64,000 nt of DNA from Sphagnum compactum (lineage: Eukaryota), in NCBI GenBank assembly GCA_965153455.1, contig OZ234493.1:24356213-24420212 (forward strand). Reading direction: 5' to 3'. The notes beneath the pieces were generated by a model that was not told the DNA's origin, ran no database searches, and worked only from the letters and a program-made list of their open reading frames with translations. The position numbers and the translations under genes are program-made. Of the stretch, positions 1-12,421 are shown one piece after another. Numbering within the stretch: the stretch's first letter is position 1; each line of letters begins with the position of its first letter.

Positions 1-768
1 CTTGGGGAGATGGAGTCCCGGTGGACTCTCAAAACTTCAGAGAGCGATTGCAGGGGTCAAACCTCAATTTCTGGTGACATTCTTTATATCATTGGAAAGC
101 TCTTAAAGCGTAGATGCCTAAAATGGGCTCGCATGGCTCATTTGGATCTTTGAAACACAAGTTATGACCAAAAGAAAGGTCGGGAGTCGAACTGCCAGTT
201 TGACTCCCGACCACTAAAAGTCAGGAATCGACCCGATTGACTTAGCTGCAAGGGGCGGTCCACATATCGTTGGAAAGCTCTTGACAAGAGCTACAACTTT
301 GCTTCAAATTGCATTGCAATCTGAGGTCTGCTCGCAAAGTTATGGGGCTTCAAAGTTGCGGGAGTCCCACTTGGCGCGATTTCGGGACTCCCACGCGGGA
401 GTCCCGGGAAAAATAGCCATTTGGATGTAGCCTCCGTGGAGAGCTGCAGAGTATACTATAAGGGGGAAGGTGGTGGCTTCCCCCCCAAGTCCGGGCCGTG
501 GTGAGTCTTGTGTGTCCGTGTTGCCCGTGGCTCGTCCTAGCACCAAAGGTGCTCCAACTATGCACTAACCACTTTGTGTGGGTTGTGTGCAGGCCCGTGT
601 GAGTGAATAAGCTTGTCAATTCTTCCTAGTCCCATCCCGGAGCTCCAACACGCCCCTCTACCCCTCCAAGTGTTGGGAGCTAGGGAGCGGCTCCAAGTTC
701 CAACTCCTTCCGCATTGCCGCATACTTGGACCCTCAAGTGGGTCCACTAGGAACTTGGGAGCGCATCA
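1..768 (+). mobile_element. 3' part of an LTR-like dispersed repeat inserted into the Copia gag gene (left end lies outside the window)
   Basis: GC-richer block with recurring gggagtcc/gggactcc motifs. It ends abruptly in ...gggagcgcatCA at 768, where the Copia gag frame is cut after a Tyr codon, so the gag 'stop' is supplied by the insert terminus. No credible ORF. Confidence 0.6.
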
Positions 769-1263
769 ATAGTCTTTTCGAAGTCCATTTAAGGTCACGG
801 CCACTAAATCTTCATCATGTACAGGGGATCCTATAGATGCAAGAACATTTGCAAGGTTTTTCACCTTAGTAGAATAGCCATTGATGTTCATCTTGTTTTT
901 CTGTAGATTATGCAACTCTTGCTTGAGCTGCATTTTTCGGGCTTGTGTATTGGTGCTGTACATCTTCACCAATGTTTCCCAAGCTTGCTTGGGTGATTTT
1001 GCATCTTGAATATGCACAATCATGGAATCAGACACACTCACAGAAAGCCAATACAAGACTTTCCTTGCTTTTTCATGCCAAGTTTTATTGGCTTGAATTT
1101 GTTGTTGTGTGGGGTTTTCTAGGAGAGGAGGTTCTTTTTCACCACCAGTTATGAATTCCCAGTAGCCTTTCCCCATCAAGAAATTCATAATCCTAAATTT
1201 CCACACTTGGAAATTGTTCTTGTCTAATTTCTCAATTGCAATTTGAGAAAGACCGTCCGCCAT
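769..1263 (-). pseudogene. Copia gag N-terminus (UBN2/Retrotran_gag_2-type), truncated by insertion
   Basis: MADG...IEKLDKNNFQVWKFRIMNFLMGKGYW...AKSPKQAWETLVKMY...LKQELHNL...DEDLVAVTLNGL is typical Copia gag. No stops occur until the insertion at 768. Confidence 0.88.
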
Positions 1264-2487
1264 CTCTCAAGGCACTACTCAATGTCTTCTTGGGGTTTCA
1301 AAATGATTTTAATTCCTTCCTTGGATTTCTAGGGTTAGGGTTAGGGTTTTCCTTCCTTAGGTTTCTAGGATTAGGGTTAGGGTTAGGGCTGAACAAGATA
1401 GACCTTGCATATGTATGTATGTCTTGAGTATTATACGAAATTTTATACTATACATAGGCTTTACGTATAGGTACGTATCTCGTATAATATTTCGTATGGT
1501 ATTAAATACATGATTACATACCACACTTTTGTATGAAGGTCTTGATAATGTATTTGCGCTTCCCAATCTTCAAACTCCTTCCTTCAAGTTCTCCCAAGTT
1601 GTATTTGCTCCACTTCAACACTTTGCTTTGGTGTCTTCTCAAAACAAATTTTTGTCACAACAACTTTGCAAAGCTCCTCCACTCATATATGACCTTGGAT
1701 CGTTCTAAAATTTTGGTGAAACATAAAAAGCTATGTCTACTATCATCTCTCAAAATTTCAGCTCATTTAATCTCATAAAATGAGAGATCTTGCTACTTCC
1801 TTGAAGTCACCTCAAACTGGGACCTGAACACAAAATGACTTACAACTCGCTCTCAGCAACTTCAAAATCCTTGAGATTTTGGGAGACACATAAGATATAT
1901 GTCTTCTATATCTGGTTAAAATTTCAGCTCTATTGATGATGACTACAAAGAGATATCACTTTCAAAAGAAACTGACTTCAAAATTGAGACTGAAACTTCA
2001 GATGCTTGGATCTCTCTCAATACAAATTCAAATGACATGAAATTTCTCTCACACATATATTCCTATATGATCTATAAGATCGTAAAGCTGCAGATCCAAA
2101 AGAACTCAAACAAAGGAGATATGACCAAAAACCCAGATCTGATATAGAATCTTCAAAAGCTCATAACTCTCACAAAACAAATCTTTTTCACTTGAAATTT
2201 TGAGAATAGAAGCGTCTTATAGTCTTCTATAACCTTTCCAAGTTTCACTCCAAGATTTTTTCACAGTAGCTCTAGATCTAGCTTTAAAGATCTGATTTTC
2301 ACAACTCTTGATATGTGGATCTCCTCTCACCTCTTTTCTTTTCTTTTTTTTCTCTTCACTTCTTTCCTTTCCCCGTTTCTCTTTTGCACTTGACAAACTC
2401 CTATGATATTACTAGAGACTCTCAAGCTCTAGTTCTAGAGACATTCTAGCTCTAGATCTCTTTCAACCTTCTCACCAAACAACCTAA

Positions 2488-2499
2488 GCTCTGATACCA
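2488..2499 (-). promoter_or_regulatory. Primer-binding site complementary to tRNA-iMet 3' end
   Basis: Minus strand reads TGGTATCAGAGC immediately after the LTR's terminal CA. Confidence 0.92.
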
Positions 2500-2812
2500 T
2501 GTTAATAAATAGGAGATCTACTCAAGTGCAAACATAAAATTTTATTGAAAAGAAACTATAACACGATGCTCACAACACAAAACACAACATCAAGAACTCC
2601 TCAAGGTTCTTGTCACAAGAATTACACAAACTTGTGTAATGAAGAAAAGAGAGCCAAACCATCAACACCAAGGTATTTAACTACAAAACCACACCACAAA
2701 TAACCAAACTAAAATAAGTAAAGAAAGTAGTTCAACCTTGTGAAAGTAACCTAGTTACTTTCTTACTCTAGTAACTAAAGAAACCTAACTAGTTGAGCTT
2801 GAATTCTCAACA
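2500..2812 (-). repeat. 5' LTR (~313 bp) of the Copia element
   Basis: Minus strand begins TGTTGAGAAT and ends TTATTAACA (imperfect terminal inverted repeat), directly followed by the PBS. The second LTR is not in the window to confirm the boundary. Confidence 0.78.
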
Positions 2813-5800
2813 GCGGCCTAAAGACTTTAAGAGGATCACATCATCCTTCATTCACCAAATTTTTCTTTCCTCGATGTTTTTTTCTTCCAACATTCTTTTC
2901 TTGCCTTTTAGAATTCATTTATGCTTTTATCCCCCTTGCGTAGGCCAACACAGATGACAAGGTTCACATTGTCCTTGTTGACATCCCAAAGAACCTTCCA
3001 GTGTTGTTGGTTTCCACCTTCCCCACATAGGTTCTTATTTGGAACATGTGAATGGATGACTCCATTGTCCTTTTTCAATGTTATGAAAGATTTTTTGGTG
3101 ATTAATGGGGAAATCTTGTTTTTCCACTTTGATGATTTGTGTTGTGAAAGAAATCAGGTCATATCTTAAAAGCTACAAATTTTTGATTCAAATTAACTGG
3201 GTTGTTAAATCTCTCCCACTAACTAGCACAAAGACCCCTCTTTGAAGGTTTCTTGCTCAATCCTTGTTCTCCTATTTGCACTTATAATTTGGACTTAAAC
3301 CTACCAACACTCATAGAATTGTATTCCTCTAACAAGTTCATTGTATTGAATGAGTTCTATTCACACATGTACAACCAATTGAAATTGTTTTTTCCCCAAG
3401 TTGGCACAAGTTTCAAGTCTTTTTGTTTGTTCAATTCAATGGTAATTTGTGTATTACTTTCTCTATGGGCTTAGTTTGCGAATGCACTTTCTTTTGGTTC
3501 AAATTCTTGTGTTGCGTTGAATTTAGTGATATCTTCATTACTTTTTAAAAGCTTGGGTTTTTTATATTAAACATGGAAACATGAATTGAAAAATATTGAA
3601 ACAAGTTAGGTGAGAAATAGTTGTCCTCAATAATCATTTTGCATCCACAAAATTATTTGTCAATAAAATTTTACAACATCAAAAATTGTCATTAAGAGTT
3701 TATTTGTGATAATAAAGATTGAAAAATGTATTCCAATTTTTGAAGAGGTTCGAATGTTGTTTTAAAATACTTCCAAGACACTTGTTGGATTGGAAATGTG
3801 CATCCCATCTATAGGTTGGATGGCACAATGATATGAATATTGGTGATGTGTGGAAATTTTCAAAATAAGGATATGTGGTAACATTACATTTTTTTCATTT
3901 TGTCAATATTTTAACATTTTTGATTCTCGGGATTACAATTCAAACTGAGTTTGGAAACTTGTTACCATGCAATTGATTTTTGCAAATTGAATTCCTGATG
4001 TTAAGCCCCATATTTGGTTCAATTCTTAACAAAGTTTTAAAACCTATAATTGTCAAAACGCTCACAATGATTTCCTTATTGAAAGTGTTTCCACTAGCAA
4101 AATGTCAAAATTTTAATATCTTGCACAAATGGTTATATAAAAGGTTCAATTCCAAATAAAGAAAAAATTTGTGCACACAAACTATTTAAATAATGTATCA
4201 TTATAAGGTTTGCATCATATCTTAAAGCCATGTTAAACAACATGGTTAACATTCATAACCCATCTAGGCACATACATTCACAAGCATTGGAAGGAGTGAA
4301 TTTTGTTCAAATCAATATGTTAAATTGAAGAAGATCTTTTCCACAAAAAGGTTGTGTAATACGCAAGCATTGCAATGATTGCAAAAAGTTGTCAAGTTGG
4401 CACATTTCCATGTAATTTCATACACATTTACAAAAATATAACAATGGAAATTTACATTGTCCAAATGTTCAAATGACCTACATTAAATGACCAATTTTTA
4501 TTTTTTAAAAACCTTAACTTGGAAAAGATGTGAAAGGTATAAGGTCAAGAAAGGAATGACCTTTTGAAGAAGTCTAAATGATTGTGATTAAATATTACAA
4601 CATATAATGAATGTAAAGTTACCACTACCATATAAAGAAGTTAAAATGGCTTGATTGGGAACAAAAAAATATTATGAAAATAATTTTTGTTGACATTTAC
4701 AAAGTATTTTAAAGAAGGTTGAAAGCAATGATAGGAATAAAATGGGAAATCATTTGGGAAAATCATTTTGAAATTTGGGGAAAATCAATGTGAATATCAT
4801 TTGTGGTTTCTTGTCGATTTTATTTCACTTACAACATTTGCAAGTTTCAAGGGATCTTTGTACATTTGACATAATGTCATCCTTGGATAAGACAATCCAA
4901 TAAGTCCAAAAAAAAAAGTTCACAAGTACTAAGATTTTAAATAAACACAAGATGTTACCCAAGCACAAGGCTTGAATCAACATTCCTTTGTCCAGGATAA
5001 TCTTTATGCGTATAATGCAACCCACTCTAAAAATTAACATTTGAAAGATGGAGTAGGCTTTTCAAATTGGGTACTGTGAAGGTGATAAGGTTTTGTATGT
5101 TTTTCCTTTTAATTAGAAAGCAAAAGATAACATCATAAATTTAACATTTCACGACTTAATAAATGTACAAATTTTGCTCATTCATAATTCGTACATTTCA
5201 CGCATTGATATTATGCATTGAAAACACATTTGACACATGGAGTTATAAAAACATGCAAAATTTGTGTGACATTCATTCATTCATAGGTCCATGTTTCATA
5301 GTCAACACATTATCCATATATCAAATGTGTTTTCAAAGCATGATATTTGTGTGTAAAATGGACGAATGAACGAATTTCATATGATTTTCATCATTAATTT
5401 ATAACATGTTAAATTTGTGATGGAGCTTTTGGATGGACATGAGGTGGGCTAGAACACCCACTAACGCTTTAAGAACCGAAAGTTTAAAGACTTGTTTCTT
5501 AAAGATCCTAACCTCATATGTATTTCCATGTAGATGTTTTTTTGTTTAAGATGGCAATCACTGGTTGCAAGCTTGGATGCCTTACATTTGTCGTGTCCAC
5601 AATGACGATCCATCTTGGCATATTTTGAGGGATTCCATCGTCCTGGACACATCTCATGGTCTTGTTGAACTTTTCACAACCATGATGGATTTAAATAAAT
5701 AAATATTTCAAAATTCGATCATGTGATTACTTTCATGGTCATTATGGTTTGTGTTATCTCACAAATGTCATTTCATTGTGTTTAAGGTTCATGTAGTTGG

Positions 5801-6639
5801 ACCATGTGCAACCTAGCATCATGCATGATTTTTTTCGAATCCAATCTATTGGGATTATCCCTTTGGAACACCTTCTAAATGTTCTCCATGCAAATGTGTA
5901 CAAGAAATGCCAAAAAAAAATATTGCAAGACTTGGCACTCCTTCACATCTTAGGCCTTCTTCAAGTATATGTACAAGGTGTGCATAATTCTTAAGCCCTT
6001 CAAGATAATCAACAATTCAATCCATAGCCCATTGTGTCCTATTGTTATGGGTGTTTCATCACTACGACAAAGGTGTCCTTGTATGCCACATTTCATTAGA
6101 TTGCGAGTGAATTCATTGGTTACAGCGAGTCAAATTCTAGAATCTCCAAGCTAAAGATTTTGAATTCTTTTGGAATTGCCATTTGAATGTAACCAAATCT
6201 CTTTTCAAGATTGAATTAGAACCTAAACCTAGGATGTTGTCCTGTTTGAAACATGTTCAAGTTCTCTATGTAAATAAGTACAACTTTTTTCAAAAAGAAA
6301 GCTTGACCCTACATTTTAGGTAAAAGTATTGCATTTGATTAGTTGTACATAATTAACATTACATAATCTTTACTTTGAACTATGTGCACTAATTGAGCAA
6401 ACCAATTTATTACACAAATTTTTTTGTCTAATCGTGTGTAATGGACATGGAACTAGACTTGTCTTAAATAAGACCAACTTTGAATTCTTTGTGAAAATGC
6501 TCAAAACTGGAAATTTTAAAAGTCTAAAAAATTGATCTCAAAGAATGAACCAAAGGTTCCATTTTTTTTTAAAAACAATTAGAATTGAGGCCAAAGCTCC
6601 CCTTTTAAATCAAGAACCAAGAATCCCACCATGCTCCTA

Positions 6640-9600
6640 ATCTATTCCCATAAGTTCCCAATGATATTCCCCAAGTTCACAATGTGGTCCCCAAGGGTGT
6701 TCTTAGTATGACCTCACTTTATCCTATATCCTTTGCCCAAAGTTCTCCCCTTCTCACCTATGTAGTTGAGCCAAAGGCAACACTCTCCATCTTCACATAG
6801 AAACCTTTTATTTTGGGGAGCCTCCCAATTTTCAGTCTTTTTTGGGGGTAATGGGCCAATCAAAATGACCCATTGCAAAAATAAACATAAATAATTGGGA
6901 GGCAACCTATCTAATCAATAGGAGAGGTGTTTAACTATATATCATTTTGTTTGTTTTGAGGCACAAATGAAAAACTTTATTGCAAAGAGGAAAGAAAATG
7001 CTCTCAATAATTTGTGTACAATTATCATCTCTCTCTCTCTCTATCTCTTTTCTTCTTCTTCACCACTAGTGCTTCATTCAATCATAGCTTTGTTCATATG
7101 TGTTGCCAAAGAAAAATTTGATATGAAAATGCAATGCATGAATTCACTTATCAAGTTTTTTTAAAAAACTACCTGTGTATGTTGAGGAGTTTTTGAGAGT
7201 TTTGCTTGTTGTTTGTAGGTTCCAACTTCTAGTAGTTTGATATTGCAAGATATTAGATATGTTGAAAAAGAGGTTATTTTAAAAAAGCTACATACCATTT
7301 TATTCCCAATTTTTTTTATAAATGTGGGTACCTAGTTTGTTTCTTGTTAGGTTGGGTTCCTATTTATCAAAATATATTAATCTCAAAACATGCAAGGGTC
7401 ATCTAGTCCATAGACCAACTTTTGCCTTTTTTTTTTCCTCAATTTTCTCTCTTTTTATAGAAATAAAAATTGAAAATGGGTATCTATAATTTCTTTTTTT
7501 CAATCAAAAGAAAAAGAAAAAAACATCACTTGCACACAAGTTACCTAGCCCAAGAAGAAATGTGGCAAAAACCACCCAATAAAAAAAAGGGTATCTATCA
7601 AAACACTCATGAGAGACTTTCCATTGGAACTCACCTTATTACTTTGCCACCACAAGCCAAACAAAAAGAAAGGGGGATTATGTAGAATATCTTTTGATGC
7701 TATTCTCACATATTCCCAACTTGATCATCACATACTAAGAAACTATAAATTTTTTGCATATGCTTTTTAAAGAAAACCTAATCCAAGAAGAAGAAGAAGG
7801 AGGAGATTCCTTGAGTGAATAGCCCCAAAAATCCATTAAATTTTTTGACCAAGTCCCCCCCCCAATTGCTTGTTGAACTCAAGTGCTTCCACCCAATTCT
7901 CCTAACCTTACTACCTTTGGCAACACTAGGGTTGATGTGGATGAACCACAACTAAGCTTGCTTCATCCACAACTGAGTTACCAAGGTTTCACCTAGGTAA
8001 CCTATGATGTGAACCCCAGGTTACTTCCCCTTCACACTAACTTAGAAAATTTGCTTAATATATAAGTGGGTAAGTATCATATTAGTCTTAAATGTGATGG
8101 AGTGTGATTCATATTACCTAATTAGTTTGGGTGGGACAAACTCAACATTTGTTTTCTTTTGGTGATAGACCTCTTTTGATTCGGTTTGTTCATCACCCAA
8201 AACAAAGAAAAACTCACTCTAGACATAGAGAAAACCCTCGAAACATTCATATAGAAATTTGTCTACATAAACTCTCACTTTGCATTAATGTAAATGCAAA
8301 AAAAATTGAAAACCCATTTATGCAAATGAAAACACTAAAACTCTAACCCCTTTACAATATGACGAGGGATTGATCACGACCGTGGAAATATCGAGAGCCT
8401 TCAAAACACATCCAAACATTGTCCCATGGAAATTAAGAAATTGTTTATGTGTGTGCCTTAGTTGTGAGAACCCCCAATTTATTTAATTTTACTTTTAAAA
8501 TGTGATTGACATCTTTGTTTGGCCCATTATATATATATATCAAGCTTTGGACAATTTTAAAATAGATATGTTGTAACCTCCTTCTTTGGGCTAGATATAT
8601 AAGTTTTCAAGAGTAAAATTTACGACAAAATAATATGGGATAAGGTGAGGAGCTATTGAGAACATGTTAGGGAGTGCATTGGGAACTTAGTAACATGTTG
8701 GGAACTCAATGGGAACTTGATGGGAATACAATAGCATGTTCTCAATGTGTTCCCATCAGGTTCCCAAAAGGTTTACCAAGTTCCCAAGTTGTTCCCAATA
8801 GAAACCTTAGTTTTTATCATGTATGTATGTATGTATCACTTGCCCCAAGTTCAACTCTAATAATGTCTATAAACTCAAAAGGTAGGGCACCTATTTTATC
8901 TTTATTTTGTGACTAGTAGTCCAAAGAGTTGCTTCTATTGGGGGAGTACCCAATCTTCCAAAAAATAATTTGGTGATGGGCCAATCAATATGGATCCTTC
9001 AAAAATCACAAAAAAGAATTAAATAATTAAAAAATTAGAGCACCCGTGAACTAATTAATATTAATAACGCTAATGTGTGGGAATTAAATAAATAAATATG
9101 TTGTTGGTTTCTAGAATCAGAATAATTAAATTTTGACACTTTATTATTATTATTATTATTATTATTAGGTTCTCAAGGTGTGGGTTTGAGCCCGATTTTT
9201 CAAAAGAAAAATTAACCCGATAATTATTGAATTTTGGCAAAGAAAAAGAACAAGGAAGGAATTATTTATTTATTTATTTATTTAAAAATCACTGACAAAG
9301 AGGTCAGCTATTGGGCCTAAATTATTTTAAATCTATTATATTGAGAACATTTTTTTTTAAGAAAAATTGAATCTCAAAAAGGACTTGTGGCAATAATTTT
9401 TTACCTACATTTGTAATTGCTTACTAAATCCTTATACCATAATTCCTTTACCATTCCTTCATCTTGTTGTTGAAAAATGTATTTGTTTTTCATTTTTTCA
9501 CTTTGGCTTACAATAAGAATCTCCTTAAAAATTTGGCACTTTTAAAAAAGACCAGGCCATATAAACCTAGAAATAAAAAAGAAATAACCATGTATAAGAA

Positions 9601-10270
9601 ATAACCATGTTTAAAATTAGGGTTAGGGTTTTCTTTTAAAATTAATTAATACCTAAGGATTAGGTCAAGGACTACTTAGGGCTTGCTTAAGGATTATTAT
9701 CTAGGGAGACATCTATGTGGCCATAAATATAAGTAGATGATAATGTGATTAGAGAAGTGATTATGGTAATCACTTTTGCAAAAGTTTTATTCTTAATTTT
9801 GGTCCTCATTGTGCTAGACTTTATGGATAGCTCAATAAGGGAGGGTTGGAGTGTTGGACTTTTATGGTTCCCATGAAGTTCTCAATGAGTTCCCAATGTG
9901 TTCCCAGTATCTCCTCCTCCTCACTTTATATCCCATATCCTTTGCCCTAAGTTTTTTGGGCTTGTAACCTTTATAACCAACAACCCAAAGGAGGAGATTC
10001 CAACATATCTATTTTGGTAGACTTCCAAAGCTTGATGATTATTATTTTTTTGTGATGGGCCAATCAAAGATGCCAATTACAAAAGAAAAAAGAAAAAAAA
10101 AACTTTGCCCCAATGTTCAATCTTTTTTTCTTTTGTGATGGGCATCTTTGATTGGCTCATCAATCAAACTTTTGAGTAGTTTCAAAATAAAATGTATATT
10201 GTAGTGCCCCTTCTTTATATAGATTTCAAGAATCAAACTTGAGGCAAAGGCATAATAAGGGACAAAGTGA
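6640..10270. repeat. Dispersed non-coding repeat family, several copies in both orientations (about 6640-6920, 8510-9050, 9860-10270)
   Basis: Shared motifs ctcacttt(at)atcc(c/t)atatcctttgccc, gatgggccaatcaa and gttcccaatgtgttccc recur in all three blocks, sometimes inverted. Confidence 0.65.
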
Positions 10271-12421
10271 AAGCACATTTGCTTACATTGGTTGTAAGAG
10301 TTGAACTTGGGACAATGTGGAGCAAGAGCAAGAGAGATGCTTTCAAATGAAATGGCATTTTGTTTTTAGGGAAGTGACCAAAGTTATTAAAACCTTTTTG
10401 GTTAGGGGCAAAAAAAATTTGGATTTATGGAATGTAGTTTAATAATTAAAAAACATTTTTCTAATTTTTTAAAAAGTTTAAAATTCACTTTGAAAATGTG
10501 AAAAAGAAGTAAGAAAAATAAAAAATTTAAAAATAAAAATTTATCAATTTAATGATTTTTCCTTGCTTTCTATTGCCCTCATATGTTCCCCGTATCTATC
10601 GTTGTCAATAGTTCATCATTATTTATGTCAATTTTCAATTTTTTGATTTTATTATATAACATGAACATGAAAATGCACATGCTAAGCATGTGCTTTTTCT
10701 TTTTGTGTGGAAATGAACTAATACTTATTTTAAATTATATATATATATATATACTAGGACCCCATGGCCAGGGGAAAAGCTCTAGATTCATGGAATGTGT
10801 ATTCTAATAATTAAATTAATAATAATAATTTTAATTTAAGCTTCATTTTCAAATTTTAAGAACAAAAAAGTAAGAATAATGTTCTTCCTTATTGGGTTTT
10901 TTTTTTTTGGTCTTTCTTTCAAGCTCCAAGGTTTTGAAGATCCAAAAATAAACTAAACTAAATTCAATAATAAAATAAATAAATCCAAGGTAAGCTCTAC
11001 CATAAAGATCCCTTTTTTTTGTTTTTGGGTATTGTTGTTGTATTTGTTGTTGTTGCTGTGTTTTTTATTTCCTTTTTGGAGAGGGGTAGTAAGTGTATTC
11101 TCCCTCAGTGATGGCAGAAGAAGCAAAAGGAAGAGGTTGATGATTTTGGGTGCAGCAGCAATTGCAAATTGCAGTTAGCAATTTTGGTTTAGATGTTGTA
11201 ATAGACATTGGGTGTTGTTTGTTTGTGTGATTGTTGCAGTGTTTGATTGATACAGATTTTGTGTGTTTTTGTTGTTAGTTTGTTTGTTGTTATTGTGCCG
11301 CACAAGCTCTGTCTCTGTTGTGGTGCTTGCTTTACACTTAAGAGGGTCTAATTCTTCTTCTTCTTCTTTCTTCATCTCCTTCAAGTTGTTGATATGTATG
11401 CAAATTAGGGTGTGGGATGATATTTTGCTATTGTTGTTGTTTGTTGCCCATGGATTGCCTTTGATTGCTTTTTGCTGGTATGTGTTTTTTTTTCTCTTTT
11501 GTGTATCTTTGTCTTTTGGAAGAGTTTTTGCACTCTGGTTTTGTGAGCTTTTTTTTTGGGGGCTGGGAGGGGGTATTACAGGTAGACAGAAGCTTGGGGT
11601 GAGTAAGCTTTTTCTGTGTTGAAGGCAGACACACATAAGCTTCTGCCAATGGTGTATGGAAGGTTTTGGGTTCAAGGTAGAAGCTAGGAGAGTAGTTGTA
11701 CTGGGTTGTGACTTACCCCTTTTTTGTGGATGAAGAAAGGCAGGGGCTTGGTGGAAGTACTTACTGGCTGATGATGATGATGATGATCTAGTAAGCTTTC
11801 TTTTACAACTGGTGGAGGCCAGCAGCAGAAGCTCATCTCCTGGTTGCAGCAGTGTGTGTTGTGGGATGATGTTAGGCAATGACTCCAGCTTTGAGACTGG
11901 CACGAAGAAAAGTTAGTCAAACAGGGTCAGCTGCAGAAGCTCAACATGCTCCTCCAGTGAATACAGATGACTCCTTGGATTGGGTTTGATTACAGATTGA
12001 AGAATGGAATTCTCTCAATTGGGTGGTTTTGCTGAAGATGATGGAATGAGGAGGATCTGCATGCTGATCAATGATGATGATGCAATGCTTCAGGGTTCAG
12101 GAAATCAATCTATGGATTAGCAGCTAGCTACCTGGTGATGTCCTCCAGTGTACCCACCCACCTTTGGCTGTTAGCTCGGATGGGAAGCTTTTTAGGGTTA
12201 TATAGTAAAGAGTTACAAAGATTGATAAGGTGAAAGGACAAAAGGCGGAATCAGCACATACCTACCTATTGGGCAAAAATCACAGGTTATGAGAAGCTGG
12301 GAGCAGAGAAAAATGACAAGCCTGGAATTCAGACATGGAGATTTACAGCAGCAGATTCACAGGTTTTGTGAATGCAAAATGAGGAAGAGTTAATGAGAGA
12401 GAGAGAGAGAGAGCAGACAAT

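Larger units (their letters stand above)
769..2812 (-). mobile_element. Ty1/Copia LTR retrotransposon, 5' portion (5' LTR, PBS, ~1.2 kb leader, start of gag)
   Basis: In order on the minus strand: TG...CA-bounded LTR 2812-2500, TGGTATCAGAGC PBS at 2499-2488, then the gag ORF from 1263. Confidence 0.9.

Noticed and set aside
2813-6300. Degenerate coding-like AT-rich sequence, probably old transposon remains
   Set aside because: I could not identify any diagnostic motif by eye.
11175-11903. 242-aa minus-strand ORF
   Set aside because: It is low-complexity K/N/T/Q text, the antisense of a T/G-rich leader or intron; no domain is recognisable.
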